DNA from: a virus | Taxonomy: Duplodnaviria > Caudoviricetes | Reading direction: 5' to 3' (one strand) | IMG/VR virus record: IMGVR_UViG_2595698755_000001 | Span: 96,001 to 160,000 of that record | Length of the DNA stretch: 64,000 nt | Shown: one piece after another, positions 33,701-41,884 of the stretch | Layout of the letters: every line of letters starts with the position of its first letter | Numbering within the stretch: position 1 is the first letter of the stretch | Program-made: the position numbers and the translations under genes | The notes under the pieces: model-generated | What the model saw: the letters and a program-made list of their open reading frames with translations, nothing else | Databases searched by the model: none | What the model was told of the DNA's origin: nothing

Positions 33701-34111
33701 ACCTGTTGGAATATTTCCTCCAGATTGTGCTTTCCCCTTGATAGAAGAAGCTTGATTCATTTGTTGTTGCATTTGTTTTACTTGTTGACCATATTTTCTA
33801 TTAAAATCTTCAACAGTTTTATATACATCTTTAAGTTGTTGCTTGATATTCTTTGTTGAACCTGCAACATCAATTTCTACTTTCAGCTTCATAGGTTTTG
33901 CCTGTAAAGACGTACTAATAGTTTTCATTTGTTTAGTTAAATCGCCAAGTTTAGCTTCAAGTTTAACTTTAAGCTTTACAGGATTATTTGCTAACATCTT
34001 AGAAATATTATTTACCTGTTGTGGTAACTTACTTCCCTTTGCATCCAATTCTACCTTTAATTTTACAACTTGTGCTTTTAGCGATATATTTAAATCATTA
34101 CTACCTGCCAA
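24740..34111 (-). CDS. Tape measure protein with C-terminal SH3b-like domain
   Basis: 3123 aa; TP901-type TMP core (DKAMTELRRV...DALNEVDNNYA...IGNSLKTIYSR), Ala/Ser-rich repeats, AFDTGGYTG C-terminus. Confidence 0.93.
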   Translation of the reverse strand: MAGSNDLNISLKAQVVKLKVELDAKGSKLPQQVNNISKMLANNPVKLKVKLEAKLGDLTKQMKTISTSLQAKPMKLKVEIDVAGSTKNIKQQLKDVYKTVEDFNRKYGQQVKQMQQQMNQASSIKGKAQSGGNIPTGSLVQNFNNIKQYTAEIEKAKSILNGKFGDGIFKATQFKDAKGNLTGFVAELQKANGIVEKMKYSWNANKGAFEIINRQTVDNTQKNAQSIQNTLKTLKNEINNLGKGSDKTALLNQFKDIKKVLAEENGKGFTKQMVVDLQNAVNAEKQLAQATKARNAELAKQAKLEADMEKLRATARKPKTDKETDFKSEFDRLLQQSKVSAKASDPSAEMKRIRLEAQSLVDAQNKLIAKDKESQAVLKQTIQLRQQLKNILRSMPSDDPQNKLQRSMVTEAIQATHAINTYKQLADAKKRLQSINDKQWIDSDQTRARALVENLKAVQRQFEAIGKTQPKLDGFLSGIKNKMGQGVSVATQDIRNELGKYQRMLAEEQRKIKEKEKAIRLGQDITAKFGGEAKVKNIESQIFGSGTMSNKAIADLQRYIGTVERARVASISFGRDGIDSMGRSVKNMSVVFQGTGEHVRKVTYSMTQGSSQMRQVSDEMVRNVNRNLGAWEKFKVFMQSAPVWMISQQMMTAPIQGLQAMTREILEVDKAMTELRRVASADQNVDILFGNAVELSGKLGNNIHDIMKGMNEFARTFGDFNERQLTSITETATLMSNVSDLSVEEAQKSLVGTMNAFNIEASDSIRIVDALNEVDNNYAISTKQLAEGLQKSASAGKTFGVGLEENIGHITAIGAVTMESGAIIGNSLKTIYSRMTTMKDSEQTLRNVGIAMYEIGENGVKSVKPVSQIMNELGERWKTLTKEEQQNIAVKIAGRNQLTRFLAVMNNYDMAVKATNTAYQSQGSAMRENEKYLQSFEAKINKLKNGFTEMSLAIGKAFLSGGILMAINGLGAVAKGITNVAQSFGALSGVGLILGAVMAKMGAFQGLFGRMGATVGVFKQGMAETTRTMGAQATALDKFKGGMQGVITTSTGGVGVMKSLGGALAGFGRSLMGMLGMGAVFMGIGMAIEFLIGKYQKAKQEQEALDKSINQTVNAYRKSADGLEGLLAKYEAFERAGDSIKKGTKEYDEFMLVQTKLSQAMPNMVKTIDSQGQAWMKSSKELREHLKLTKELSQAKADATNKRFDENVKKEAEALRELVEEEKKLKAERDKIKTGSVDWKAGTGGASKEERAEAQMKYEKGMADLVYKRLDATQKTTAKIQEQSRAYLEAKGSLAKMGEGAQQVVEKFATMNSDKIKKLVEDGKSQAQIDSMIRKITEGGNQMGDVFAKAFDKMTQGIDSGTLKGSQKIEQIKQQLGSIGKAIPDDFFDIKNLDDLDKAKENMEKLIDVGMKVKSSNGGTFDELAKEAEKYGLSAEQAREFVMKLGMESANAELRNRALEESQNGVSSAMEGTGGSVDEATGALKDYKEAVIDAIDAQKELFGYKNEELGNMQGHLEALKTAQLLYGENAKGTQLWAESGAKLSEFLGISKDQVYENIDGLHETISVMQEIGVKYDESGKLALDWGSATEGQINRFRESVAKYGLDVDLLTGKARTFGHGIKEQGQILDENGNRIDQAGDKAKSGGEKFNEAGDKAKEGGDKANEAGDKFNEAGDKVGSSGSKFQPFIQEMEKLGQLSGQTGQQVIEGLQKINLADFSQVKAKGDELGLTMEGVIEYAKKAGAITPEEMAKIGNSGEKLSLLENKMKDLGFDEFTAKSSETAGKVEADMQRAGNSGAPLSLLEQKMRDLGFDELTTKSGEASSKVSSDTTAIGNSGGNMSPLKTEADAVGRKLIDMNTQLGGTVGGFQSGMSQIGNSGNSLAPLKENVKNIGTEMSNTKTAVETNVGGINTAFSNLGTGINQGFQPFKTSAQLFTEQLQGMSRQSGTSAQEIQGHVTTIGNAKNALDQYKIAVDNVKTSMNGMATEVTGTATGLSQFGMAFAGAGQAMSGFQTSMSGVRGEMSNVVSQASGTAQSLQGIGDSMANASGSASSFVGAMNGVGASCSLASQSMANMGSASATASSGLASATQASQASANASQNNAQAKNAEANASQNSATASFNVANAKQSEASAIMSAISATQNMAQAYSAMAQAGISSISSIVGAISSYMMAVFAMASGTMQASSAIKGAFSSMVGTVVGSTGAMNSAHNSQASALNKVRDSANQAKSAVQGLNSTISGAMTNLNNYIAKAQQASNVQVKAPSLPPLPTGATWTMSSITNVLADTGNGEVASAVTNFGSAMSSALGSFSASSGDSGSIGGGGGTSGTIQPSIYTGYNSYGLFGALSGYSDSFEDNDRNDPNRRKKGYVQTEDGSWVKESFYSAKASSTDSEADKLADPTVWSSYERSMKELDVTLKWMEAKMKSMNKSTAEYRKMMHDVYQVEIKRWELLNHDLWDKERRNEQIKRELEGLKNINSHTKEQRDQYNKLWSEYESNLSSITSMRAEWQEFLDNWEQRYADILKAHVDAIVEAYTKGLEEIKGKVDDIDFNISVAELTDPNNMTKMMNLYIEKAQQLKLEKKKLEDQQRDLTLKLYEAEDKFGKDSKVATEIKAEIDKVKEAWEDSALAVLQAEKEIKDARGDVADKGIDQLKNYYKNMKDMAIDAIDKEQENLKKAHDAKMKLYDKEIEKINGVYDAKLKQMDKDKDEANYQEELSNKNKERADLQNKISILSKDTSLSGKKKLEEMKKELAEMDKEIAKFQQERQDELMRQALEDQKEQQLKEIEDKKKAEEEVLNGKVEELDKEKDNVSTKYDDLIDNEKRWADMRDQFIKGNFQTLNDELQKMQQQINNMNNGVFDGLTPSFKDFSDETKKQVQDANDMVVDNMDFNLQDPKSDVEELIKAKGYNTFENEVIRPDDPARPMKPAPEPPPTPPAQQKPPIPPQQMPTKGNVTGVTSDSYLNIRNAPNMQGGVIRRILNGANVQILGEEGDWWKVKFSNNRGASTGYANKKYIKAFDTGGYTGDWSGNGGKMAMLHKKEQVLNANDTKNLFDTVKLVDKVKDYLPNIQANNMARQFVGEGGVSGMNVENNYYLDVNIESMNGTKDQAKSVTSEIIKGLKKMGK

Positions 34112-34190
34112 ATTAATTCACCCCTTTAAAATCTAAAGGATGTATGTAACATCCTAATCTAAGAAGATTAAGATGTTACTCTTAAACTTC

Positions 34191-35168
34191 TTAGTCATAT
34201 AATTCATCTATGTCAGAAGACTTATCTCTCACTACATAGATTTGTGTAGTTTCACTACTGTTATGTCCTAATAATCCTTGTACGGATTCTATACTCTTTC
34301 CTTCTTCTACAATCGCAATCGTTGCACGACTCGAACGTAATAAGTGAGGATGTACTTTTTTACCTAAAATTTCAGAGAAATCTTCACACCATAGATTGAA
34401 AGAGTTTGCTGAAATCTGTCGATATCCGTCTTTTGTTTTACTAACGAATAAGTGTGGACAATCATCTTCTCCACGAACCTCTACCCATTTCTTAATTGCA
34501 GTCATTGTTTCATCGTTAAATGAGAAGTCTCTCATCTTACCAACCTTTCCTGCACCCTTTGCTCTAATCTTATGTGTCAAGTAATATTTCTTAACATTAC
34601 CTTTTGAATCAACGTAATAGTCATATGTAGCAACTTCTTTAAGAAGCTGTCTTGATTCTTCTCTTCGGCAACCTGTATCAAATGAGAATAATAGATATGC
34701 TAGTTTTTGCCATTCATTTCTCTTCTTTAATTCTTTTTTTAACTTTTCAATTTCTGCACTCGTTAAAGGAATTTTTTCCTTAACGTTTGCTTTAGCTACA
34801 TTTTTTACTGCTTTTGTAAATATGTTTCTAAAATTCGGATGGTCATCTGAAAAGAATACTTCAATGTATCCACACAAACTTGAAACAGCCGAACGTTTAA
34901 ATTTGATAGCATTAGGACTCAACCCTTTGCCCTCTAACCAGTTTTGATACTTCATAGCATCACGTGGTTTTAAATCTGGGATATCTTTATTTCTAGCATG
35001 GTCATGAACCCACTTTGCAAATATCTTTAATCCCGATTCATATTGTTTAAGAGTAGCAGGAGATAAACGACCTTGTGCTAAGAACTCTTCTATCAGTTCT
35101 TTGTTATAGTCATTTACCTCATCTTTCCAAAACTGCTCACTTACTTCTTCTATTTTTTTATATGCCAT
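34191..35168 (-). CDS. Tyrosine recombinase inside the tail operon (SPbeta YomM-like position)
   Basis: Intact catalytic set: GCRREE, RAKG, HPHLLR, LLGH, TQIY. Confidence 0.9.
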   Translation of the reverse strand: MAYKKIEEVSEQFWKDEVNDYNKELIEEFLAQGRLSPATLKQYESGLKIFAKWVHDHARNKDIPDLKPRDAMKYQNWLEGKGLSPNAIKFKRSAVSSLCGYIEVFFSDDHPNFRNIFTKAVKNVAKANVKEKIPLTSAEIEKLKKELKKRNEWQKLAYLLFSFDTGCRREESRQLLKEVATYDYYVDSKGNVKKYYLTHKIRAKGAGKVGKMRDFSFNDETMTAIKKWVEVRGEDDCPHLFVSKTKDGYRQISANSFNLWCEDFSEILGKKVHPHLLRSSRATIAIVEEGKSIESVQGLLGHNSSETTQIYVVRDKSSDIDELYD

Positions 35169-35177
35169 TTCAATCAC

Positions 35178-35678
35178 CTACTTAATGAATGCTCCACTCC
35201 ATTGTACTTCTACCATGATTCTTTTGTCTGCTACAGCTTTATACTGACTAACAACAGTATCAAGGTAACTTCCACCGCCACCATTCCAAGCCCAATATGT
35301 ATGTCTATAAATTTGCTTTCTGTAAATAGCTTCTAGTTTCTTAGAATGCCATCTAGTACCGATAAGCATTATAGCGTGACCTTTCTTATTGGTTGATGTT
35401 TTTCCTTCGGTGTATAGCCAAGAATCATGATAGGCTAGGCTGTTTTCCCATGTAAGTTCGATACTATACATGCCAAATCCATGACTCTTGATACCTTTAA
35501 GTTTAATGGCTCTTAGAGACTTTCCTGTTCTTCTATACTCTTTAGGAGAATAGCTTCCCATGTATTGTTGCCAAACTCGCTTGGCTATTCTCTCTATTTT
35601 CTTACCTTCTTTTGTTAAAGCCTTGATTGCTTCTATGTCGGTCTGGAAATATAAACCGTTATTCTTTTGCTTTACCAT
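35178..35678 (-). CDS. Hypothetical tail-module protein
   Basis: YSPKEYRRTG motif; position in tail operon. Confidence 0.65.
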   Translation of the reverse strand: MVKQKNNGLYFQTDIEAIKALTKEGKKIERIAKRVWQQYMGSYSPKEYRRTGKSLRAIKLKGIKSHGFGMYSIELTWENSLAYHDSWLYTEGKTSTNKKGHAIMLIGTRWHSKKLEAIYRKQIYRHTYWAWNGGGGSYLDTVVSQYKAVADKRIMVEVQWSGAFIK

Positions 35679-36174
35679 TTTCCATCAATGCTCTCACTTC
35701 TGGATTTTCAATGCTATCAAGAATCTCATTTGCTTCGGCTACTGACTTAGACATATTCTCTGAAATCTCATTGATAGTTTCTGTTAATTTTTCATATAAA
35801 TCAACGATTTGGTCATCTGGCATTGCGTTAACAATTGTACCTAAAACTCCTAAGTCTAGTAAAACTTGTAGATAGTCTAATGCTTCCTCGATGTCATCTG
35901 GTACATCTAAACTAGTGAAGTGCTTAACCATCAATAGAGATGTGTAAGGCGTTGCGATAGAATATAACTTCTCATCGTTACGACCTGCTTCAAAGAATTT
36001 GATTAAATCATCCAGAACCTTATTTCTTTTTGATTGTCGGAAATGCACATCAATTTCAACTTTGTAAACTGTATCATTGATTGTAATAAATTCCTCTTTT
36101 GTTTCACTCAATACTTTATCTTGCTTCTTCATCTCAGCAAGTGTAAGATGTTTGATTTTTTTCTCTTTAGCCAT
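35659..36174 (-). CDS. Putative tail assembly chaperone
   Basis: Helical acidic protein downstream of the major tail gene. Confidence 0.55.
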   Translation of the reverse strand: MAKEKKIKHLTLAEMKKQDKVLSETKEEFITINDTVYKVEIDVHFRQSKRNKVLDDLIKFFEAGRNDEKLYSIATPYTSLLMVKHFTSLDVPDDIEEALDYLQVLLDLGVLGTIVNAMPDDQIVDLYEKLTETINEISENMSKSVAEANEILDSIENPEVRALMENGKAKE

Positions 36175-36254
36175 TTTTAAAAACTCCTTTTATATACTTT
36201 TATACCATTATATTTAGCGCTTGTCTGCAAAGAGCAGTATAAGTCTATAATACT

Positions 36255-36283
36255 ATTATACCACAAACTTGATAAAATTTCAA
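36255..36283 (-). promoter_or_regulatory. sigmaA-type promoter
   Basis: TTGAAA-N17-TATAAT with extended TG. Confidence 0.65.
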
Positions 36284-36304
36284 TTTTATCTAGTACATTA
36301 TTTC

Positions 36305-36343
36305 AAAAAAAATAGGGTAGAGAAACTTTATGTTCTCTACCCT
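36305..36343 (-). terminator. Intrinsic terminator after major tail gene
   Basis: AGGGTAGAGAA-loop-TTCTCTACCCT followed by a T-run on the - strand. Confidence 0.8.
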
Positions 36344-36357
36344 TAATGAAACAACTA

Positions 36358-37101
36358 TTATAGACGGATGATGTCGTATAATTTGTTTGTTTCTGCATCT
36401 ACTAATACGTCTAGTGTGAAGTCGAATGTAGATACGTTTTCTGCATCCATTGTTAAGTTGAATGTAGATTGTAATTTCGCTTTTGGTACAACGAATTGCA
36501 TTTTACGGTCAACACCGTCTTGTCCACGAACTACTGTGTCACCTACAACACGATATGTAGCAGGGAAGTTAGCACCGTTGAATGTTACTTGTGTAGCACC
36601 AGTTGGAGCAACGTAAGTATAGAATACCATTACATTTGAACCTACTGCTACGCCAGTTGCGATTGTAACCTCTTTTTCATTTACAGTGATTCCTGCAACT
36701 TCTTCTGTCATAAGACCTTTTTCTACTTTGTAAACTGTTACTGAACCATCTTTTGGAGTTTGTGCAAGTGTAACTTTAACTGCTGGGTCTGTACCTGCAA
36801 CCGCTGTTAATACTTCACGACCTACTACCTCGATGTTAGTTGTTTTTACTGCTGTACCTGCTAGTAAGCTAAGTGATACGTCAGATAGTAATGCATCTTG
36901 AAGTGTTAATGTAGCTGTACGTCCAAAGTCCCAAGTCATTAAACGACCGTTACCTTGTCCACCACGTGCTTCTGCACTTTCAGATTCGTTTTCGATTGTT
37001 GACACCTTTAAAGTATCAAAGAATAAAACTGGTTTGTTTGTTGCAACGTCAAAGAAGATAACGTTTGCAACCTCTTTTAAGCCATAACGAGTATTTGCCA
37101 T
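36358..37101 (-). CDS. Major tail protein
   Basis: RYGLKEVANV, LKVSTIENE...ARGG.GN...WD, highly biased codons, own terminator. Confidence 0.8.
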   Translation of the reverse strand: MANTRYGLKEVANVIFFDVATNKPVLFFDTLKVSTIENESESAEARGGQGNGRLMTWDFGRTATLTLQDALLSDVSLSLLAGTAVKTTNIEVVGREVLTAVAGTDPAVKVTLAQTPKDGSVTVYKVEKGLMTEEVAGITVNEKEVTIATGVAVGSNVMVFYTYVAPTGATQVTFNGANFPATYRVVGDTVVRGQDGVDRKMQFVVPKAKLQSTFNLTMDAENVSTFDFTLDVLVDAETNKLYDIIRL

Positions 37102-37151
37102 TATAATTTTCCTCCTATAATTTTGAAAAAATTCTATGTATCAAGCAAGTT

Positions 37152-38000
37152 TTATAACTTACTAGACCAATGCTTTAAATCTACTTTTTCTGCCCCTGCC
37201 ATTATAGCCTTGACACTGAAATCGTAGTTGTCGATTAACTCCAATCTTGCGTATTCATCGTACATTTGATATAAAGTTAAATCCCAAATATTGAACTTAT
37301 TGATTGAACTACTTTTAGAACTAACTGCACTAATAATATCTGCGATGTCAATTCCATCACCGTCATCACCTTGTTCGTTCTGTTTTAATTTATTAACTTT
37401 CTCTCTATTCTCTTTCATTTGCGCCATTAGTTTTCTTGTTTCTTCGTCTACTGGATTTTCTTCTTCAACCTTGACTTTAGTTAGTCCATTCTGTAGTTTT
37501 ACTACTTGGATAATCTCATCGAAATTATCTCTATGAACAACTTTAAAATCTTCTTCTGGAATACTATCAAGCTTTTCACTATTAATTTGAAAGTGACCAT
37601 CTTCATCTCTATAGAAGATTCCTAATTTGAAGAAGTCAAAAACTACTATTCCTTGGTCTTCCAAATATCTAATATCATTGTTTTGGAATATCATAGCTAG
37701 AGACATAAGCATAACTTGTGTCAACTCTGCTCCACCAAGCTTTGAGAAAAAGTCAAATGATTTCAAACTGTTTCGTTCAGCCATCAATATCATTTTCTTT
37801 TCAATATCTGTTGTTGATGCAATGAAATCTTCAACAGATGGTAAAATCCATTGTAGATTCTGCATATATTTTGTATAACCATAATCTCTAACTTGTGCTA
37901 GAGTGTATGGTGTTAACTCTAAATTATCTACCTTTATCCCTTGTCCTCCAAGCAATAACAACTTTAAGTCGATACTACTTAATTCTTTGAAGTTGTGCAT
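37152..38000 (-). CDS. Hypothetical tail-associated protein (SPbeta YomV-like position)
   Basis: NIWDLTLYQMYDEY..L...AGA...HW C-terminus. Confidence 0.65.
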   Translation of the reverse strand: MHNFKELSSIDLKLLLLGGQGIKVDNLELTPYTLAQVRDYGYTKYMQNLQWILPSVEDFIASTTDIEKKMILMAERNSLKSFDFFSKLGGAELTQVMLMSLAMIFQNNDIRYLEDQGIVVFDFFKLGIFYRDEDGHFQINSEKLDSIPEEDFKVVHRDNFDEIIQVVKLQNGLTKVKVEEENPVDEETRKLMAQMKENREKVNKLKQNEQGDDGDGIDIADIISAVSSKSSSINKFNIWDLTLYQMYDEYARLELIDNYDFSVKAIMAGAEKVDLKHWSSKL

Positions 38001-38494
38001 TAAACTTCAACCGTCATGTATTCGCTAGTAATACGAACTGCATCGAATTTAGTATTTACTGCCAAATGTTGGAATCCACTCATTTTCAGTTTAATACCAT
38101 TTCCTACTGCTCTCTTACCTACCATGTCTATTACTCTAGCCATAATCTCGTATGGTCTAATCATTTCTCCTTTGATAAGCCAAAGTTCTTTTGCCACAAC
38201 AATATCAATATGTAAAGTTGTTTCAGAGATAACTTCGCTCTCATCTAAGTCTCCATAATTGTAATAAACACGAATGAACGAACCATTGGTTTCAGTTGCT
38301 TCAACATCGAAAGGATAAGGTTTAATACGACAGAGTTGATGCTTCGGATTGATAACATTAGCAGGGTTAATTACAGGTAAGTTTGGGTCAAAAGGATTGT
38401 CCACATCATTTACCAATAATTGTAATAGCCCTTGATTGTTCGATAAAGTCTTCATAACATTAACTACATTTTTTGATAGTGAATCAAATCTCAT
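38000..38494 (-). CDS. Putative tail terminator/neck protein
   Basis: Position and size in the head-tail block. Confidence 0.55.
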   Translation of the reverse strand: MRFDSLSKNVVNVMKTLSNNQGLLQLLVNDVDNPFDPNLPVINPANVINPKHQLCRIKPYPFDVEATETNGSFIRVYYNYGDLDESEVISETTLHIDIVVAKELWLIKGEMIRPYEIMARVIDMVGKRAVGNGIKLKMSGFQHLAVNTKFDAVRITSEYMTVEV

Positions 38495-39264
38495 TACCAA
38501 ATGTCACCTCCGTCATCAGTTCCTTCACCTGTTGGTGGTTTAGGATTAACTCCTGTCTCTTTATATTCGTTTACTGCAATATTGTTTTCAAAATCATCAT
38601 TTGCTTGTTTAGTTGTAATCTTGATTGTTAACTGGATTATTCCATTACCATTTTTTGTGATACCTGTTACATCATCTCGACCTACTACTTCAAAAACATT
38701 ATTTCCAAATATGAATCTCTGATTTAAATCAATACTTTTTGTTTCTTGGTTTGCTTCAACGAATACAAATAATTGACCTACTGGAAGTCGAACGTCATAT
38801 TTATTCCATTCGATTTCTACTCGGTTTTGTTTAGCTTTAGAACCTAAATCTGTAGAACCTGCAATACAATCCCACTCTCGAATAACACCATCTTTATCTT
38901 TCCACTTTAAAGTACGGTTACATTTCTCAGCTAGCATCTTTACACTAGTTGAACCTGTCCCACCATACTTATCAAATAGAAGCCAAGTGTCTCCATCGAA
39001 TTTGACATAAGTTCCTGTTTCTAAACTTTGATTTGGTCTGAAAATAACTTCTCTTAGAGAACCCATTCTCTCAACCTCTACAACCCTTGCATCCATCTGT
39101 TTTATTTCTGGGAACTGTGAACTCACAACTTCCAATACTCTAAAAGTAGGGGATGTATGGAATGTAGCTTCTATAAAAGCAATGGTGTTGTTCTTATATG
39201 CATCACCAACATCATTACCGCTACGTCTTAATCGTCTTTTGTATTTTCCAATATAATCACTCAT
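38494..39264 (-). CDS. Putative head-tail joining protein
   Basis: Position; KCNRTLKW motif. Confidence 0.55.
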   Translation of the reverse strand: MSDYIGKYKRRLRRSGNDVGDAYKNNTIAFIEATFHTSPTFRVLEVVSSQFPEIKQMDARVVEVERMGSLREVIFRPNQSLETGTYVKFDGDTWLLFDKYGGTGSTSVKMLAEKCNRTLKWKDKDGVIREWDCIAGSTDLGSKAKQNRVEIEWNKYDVRLPVGQLFVFVEANQETKSIDLNQRFIFGNNVFEVVGRDDVTGITKNGNGIIQLTIKITTKQANDDFENNIAVNEYKETGVNPKPPTGEGTDDGGDIW

Positions 39265-39266
39265 GG

Positions 39267-39587
39267 TTACTCACCTACTTCTTCAAGTTTTCCTACCATG
39301 TTTTTGATAATATTAATACATTTAAAGATTTCTCTTTTTACAGTAGCTTTTCTACTGTTTTCTTTGCTAATTTCTGCTCTAACTGATTCCAATGTTGACA
39401 ACAATGAAATGTACTCATAACTGTGTTCCACATTAACTGCTTCGTTTAATCCGTATAATTCAAATAGTAAAGATTCGATATATGTATCGACTCCAACATT
39501 CTTTTCCTCGAATAGAGGTAGAATCTTGAAGACACTGTTTACTACTGAATTTAGATAAACTACTAGTTTGGAATTATCATTTATCAT
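39267..39587 (-). CDS. Hypothetical head-tail region protein
   Basis: VFKILPLFEE motif; operon coupling. Confidence 0.6.
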   Translation of the reverse strand: MINDNSKLVVYLNSVVNSVFKILPLFEEKNVGVDTYIESLLFELYGLNEAVNVEHSYEYISLLSTLESVRAEISKENSRKATVKREIFKCINIIKNMVGKLEEVGE

Positions 39588-40048
39588 TTGTAATTCTCCT
39601 TATCTAACTTAAAGTAAGTATAAGTAGAAATCATTTTATTTGCTTCTTTTTTCAGTTCCTTAGACAGTAATCTTAATTCTCTTAACTGATTTGCTTGTGA
39701 ATAAATCTTGAAGTCTTTATCACTTAAAGATTGTTTATTAACCTCTGTTGATACCATTAGTGGTTTCATATATTCAACCAACATTAATGCAATTAAAATT
39801 TCAACTTCATATTCTGTCAATTCAACTTCGAAAGAAGTAAATTCCTCTTGAACACCGTCAACCATTTCCGTTGCTATTACTGTTTTCAAACTTTGTCTAC
39901 ATCTAAAAAACTTGGCACGTGCAGATTTGAAATATGAGAATAATTCTTCGTCAATATCCATATCTGTGATTGTGTTTGCAAGCAATGTATAATCTGATAT
40001 CTTACTTAAAAATCCATCATAAACTTCTGCAAGGCGTGTATTTGTCAT
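39584..40048 (-). CDS. Putative head-tail adaptor
   Basis: EVYDGFLSKISDY...DFKIYSQANQL. Confidence 0.6.
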   Translation of the reverse strand: MTNTRLAEVYDGFLSKISDYTLLANTITDMDIDEELFSYFKSARAKFFRCRQSLKTVIATEMVDGVQEEFTSFEVELTEYEVEILIALMLVEYMKPLMVSTEVNKQSLSDKDFKIYSQANQLRELRLLSKELKKEANKMISTYTYFKLDKENYK

Positions 40049-40063
40049 CTATCTCACCTCACA

Positions 40064-40774
40064 TTATCTTTTTTCTACAATTATCGCTTTCTTTAAACCC
40101 ATTTGAACTGTTGGTACTGTGCTTACTACATCTTCTAGAGGTGCTGAATCTTCAAGTGAAAATCCAAATTTCTTTTCGATATATTTAATAAGTTTCATAC
40201 TATCTAGTTCACCTTTGTTGAACTTTTCTTGTGCTTTATTAACGAACGTTTTTTGTGTACCTTTTGGCATTACGTCAATTAGATTAACAATTTCTTCATA
40301 TGGTTTTTCGAATACTAAGTCAATATTTTCTTTTGTTAAGATATTTTCATATGAATCAACTAATCCAAATTCTTTTTGAACTTCTTCATCTAAAACAATT
40401 AACATACATTCTGTAAGCATACGTGGAGATTTGTTACGTAAAGTTAGTAATTCACCATATTCAATAGTATCTTCTTGACCAAAATCTTTAAATTCCCAAG
40501 ACCTGTTAGTACGTTCGGAATGATAATATAGTCCACCCATTAATCCATTCATTACAGGGATTAGGTCACTATCATTAATTTTTTTATTTTTTTCTCGTAC
40601 AATACGTTTTGATTTAGATTGTAAAACTTCTGCATCTTCTTTTTCTGCATCAATTAAAGCTTGTAATTTTGCATTTGTGTAAGGTTTACCTTGTGCATCA
40701 AATTTTAAATCTGCTTTTTCATAACCATATTCATCTACTAAAATTTTAATTAAATCTGATTTTTTTAAACTCAT
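40064..40774 (-). CDS. Hypothetical protein (SPbeta YonA-like position)
   Basis: Directly downstream of the capsid gene. Confidence 0.6.
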   Translation of the reverse strand: MSLKKSDLIKILVDEYGYEKADLKFDAQGKPYTNAKLQALIDAEKEDAEVLQSKSKRIVREKNKKINDSDLIPVMNGLMGGLYYHSERTNRSWEFKDFGQEDTIEYGELLTLRNKSPRMLTECMLIVLDEEVQKEFGLVDSYENILTKENIDLVFEKPYEEIVNLIDVMPKGTQKTFVNKAQEKFNKGELDSMKLIKYIEKKFGFSLEDSAPLEDVVSTVPTVQMGLKKAIIVEKR

Positions 40775-40804
40775 TTTAATTGTCTCCTTTTATCCTTTTA
40801 TTCT

Positions 40805-40839
40805 AAAAGATAACTAGAGGAATAAATCCCCTAGTTATA
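40805..40839 (-). terminator. Terminator after major capsid gene
   Basis: ATAACTAGGGGA-loop-TCCTCTAGTTAT-CTTTT on the - strand. Confidence 0.7.
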
Positions 40840-40857
40840 CTATTATTTTTGACTCTA

Positions 40858-41853
40858 TTAAGTTAACTTAACGAATCCGAACACTTTAGAAGTGATTACC
40901 GCAATACCGAAACGGTTAGCGATGAAGTATTCTTGCATCATGTCAGCAGAGATACCGCCCGCTTGGTCTTGGATAATTGCATCTCCTTCGTTGATGATTT
41001 TAATCATCTTGTCATGATTTTGAGGTAGAATTAGTAACATGTTGTTGTCGATTGCGAACGTGTCAGTACCGTAGTTGTGAGCCTGTTCGATTTCACGTAA
41101 TTCTACTCCTGCGATTTCACCGTAGTAACCTACTTTGTTACGGTAGTTACGCATTTCGTCAGTAATCATACCTGCGCTTGGAGCAAGTCTACGAAGTGCT
41201 AATTTAGTACCGTAGATTGCTACATCTTCACCTGTACGGATTTTGATGTGCATTGCAGTTTCTACAATCTTTTCTTCGTCTAAAGTTCCAGTCCAGTGAT
41301 ATGTACTGTTGTACTCACCGTAAGATGCTAATAGAGCATCGTAGATACGTAGAGTTAAGTCACGCTTGAATGACTCAGCGATAAGACCCATTAAGTCAGA
41401 CCATTGTACACGACCTGCTAAGAAACGGTGGAAGTCTTCACCAATTTTGATTGCGTATGTATCAACATTAACCGCAAACTCTTGGTCGTCACGTAAACGC
41501 TGTCTACGGATATTACCGTTACCATCAGATACTAAAGCCACTCGGAAGATGTCTTTAACAGGTACTTTGAATACGTTTGTGTCTCCCCATTTAAGGTTAC
41601 GGTATTCAGCGAATCCGTCAAATTGATTTCCTAAACCTTCGTGTAAAGTTTCGTTGATGATTTCTTCTAAGATTTCGAAAATCTCTGCTCTGTGTTTACG
41701 GAACGTTTGACGAGAAATTTCACCACTCTCTGTTGAAAACTCCATTAAGTCAGCGAATGCGCTACGTAAAGTTTCGTTTTGTTCTTGTTTTGAATAATTT
41801 GTAACTCTGCCTAGAGTGATATCTACAGCTAATTTAACAATATCTTTATGCAT
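40858..41853 (-). CDS. Major capsid protein
   Basis: 331 aa, after scaffold/decoration genes, strongly biased codons, followed by a terminator. Confidence 0.85.
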   Translation of the reverse strand: MHKDIVKLAVDITLGRVTNYSKQEQNETLRSAFADLMEFSTESGEISRQTFRKHRAEIFEILEEIINETLHEGLGNQFDGFAEYRNLKWGDTNVFKVPVKDIFRVALVSDGNGNIRRQRLRDDQEFAVNVDTYAIKIGEDFHRFLAGRVQWSDLMGLIAESFKRDLTLRIYDALLASYGEYNSTYHWTGTLDEEKIVETAMHIKIRTGEDVAIYGTKLALRRLAPSAGMITDEMRNYRNKVGYYGEIAGVELREIEQAHNYGTDTFAIDNNMLLILPQNHDKMIKIINEGDAIIQDQAGGISADMMQEYFIANRFGIAVITSKVFGFVKLT

Positions 41854-41884
41854 TATTTTTTCCTCCTTGGATATACCTTTTTAA

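Noticed and set aside
35659-35700. Programmed frameshift in tail assembly chaperone
   Set aside because: There is no canonical XXXYYYZ slippery heptamer at the overlap, and the downstream ORF has its own ATG.
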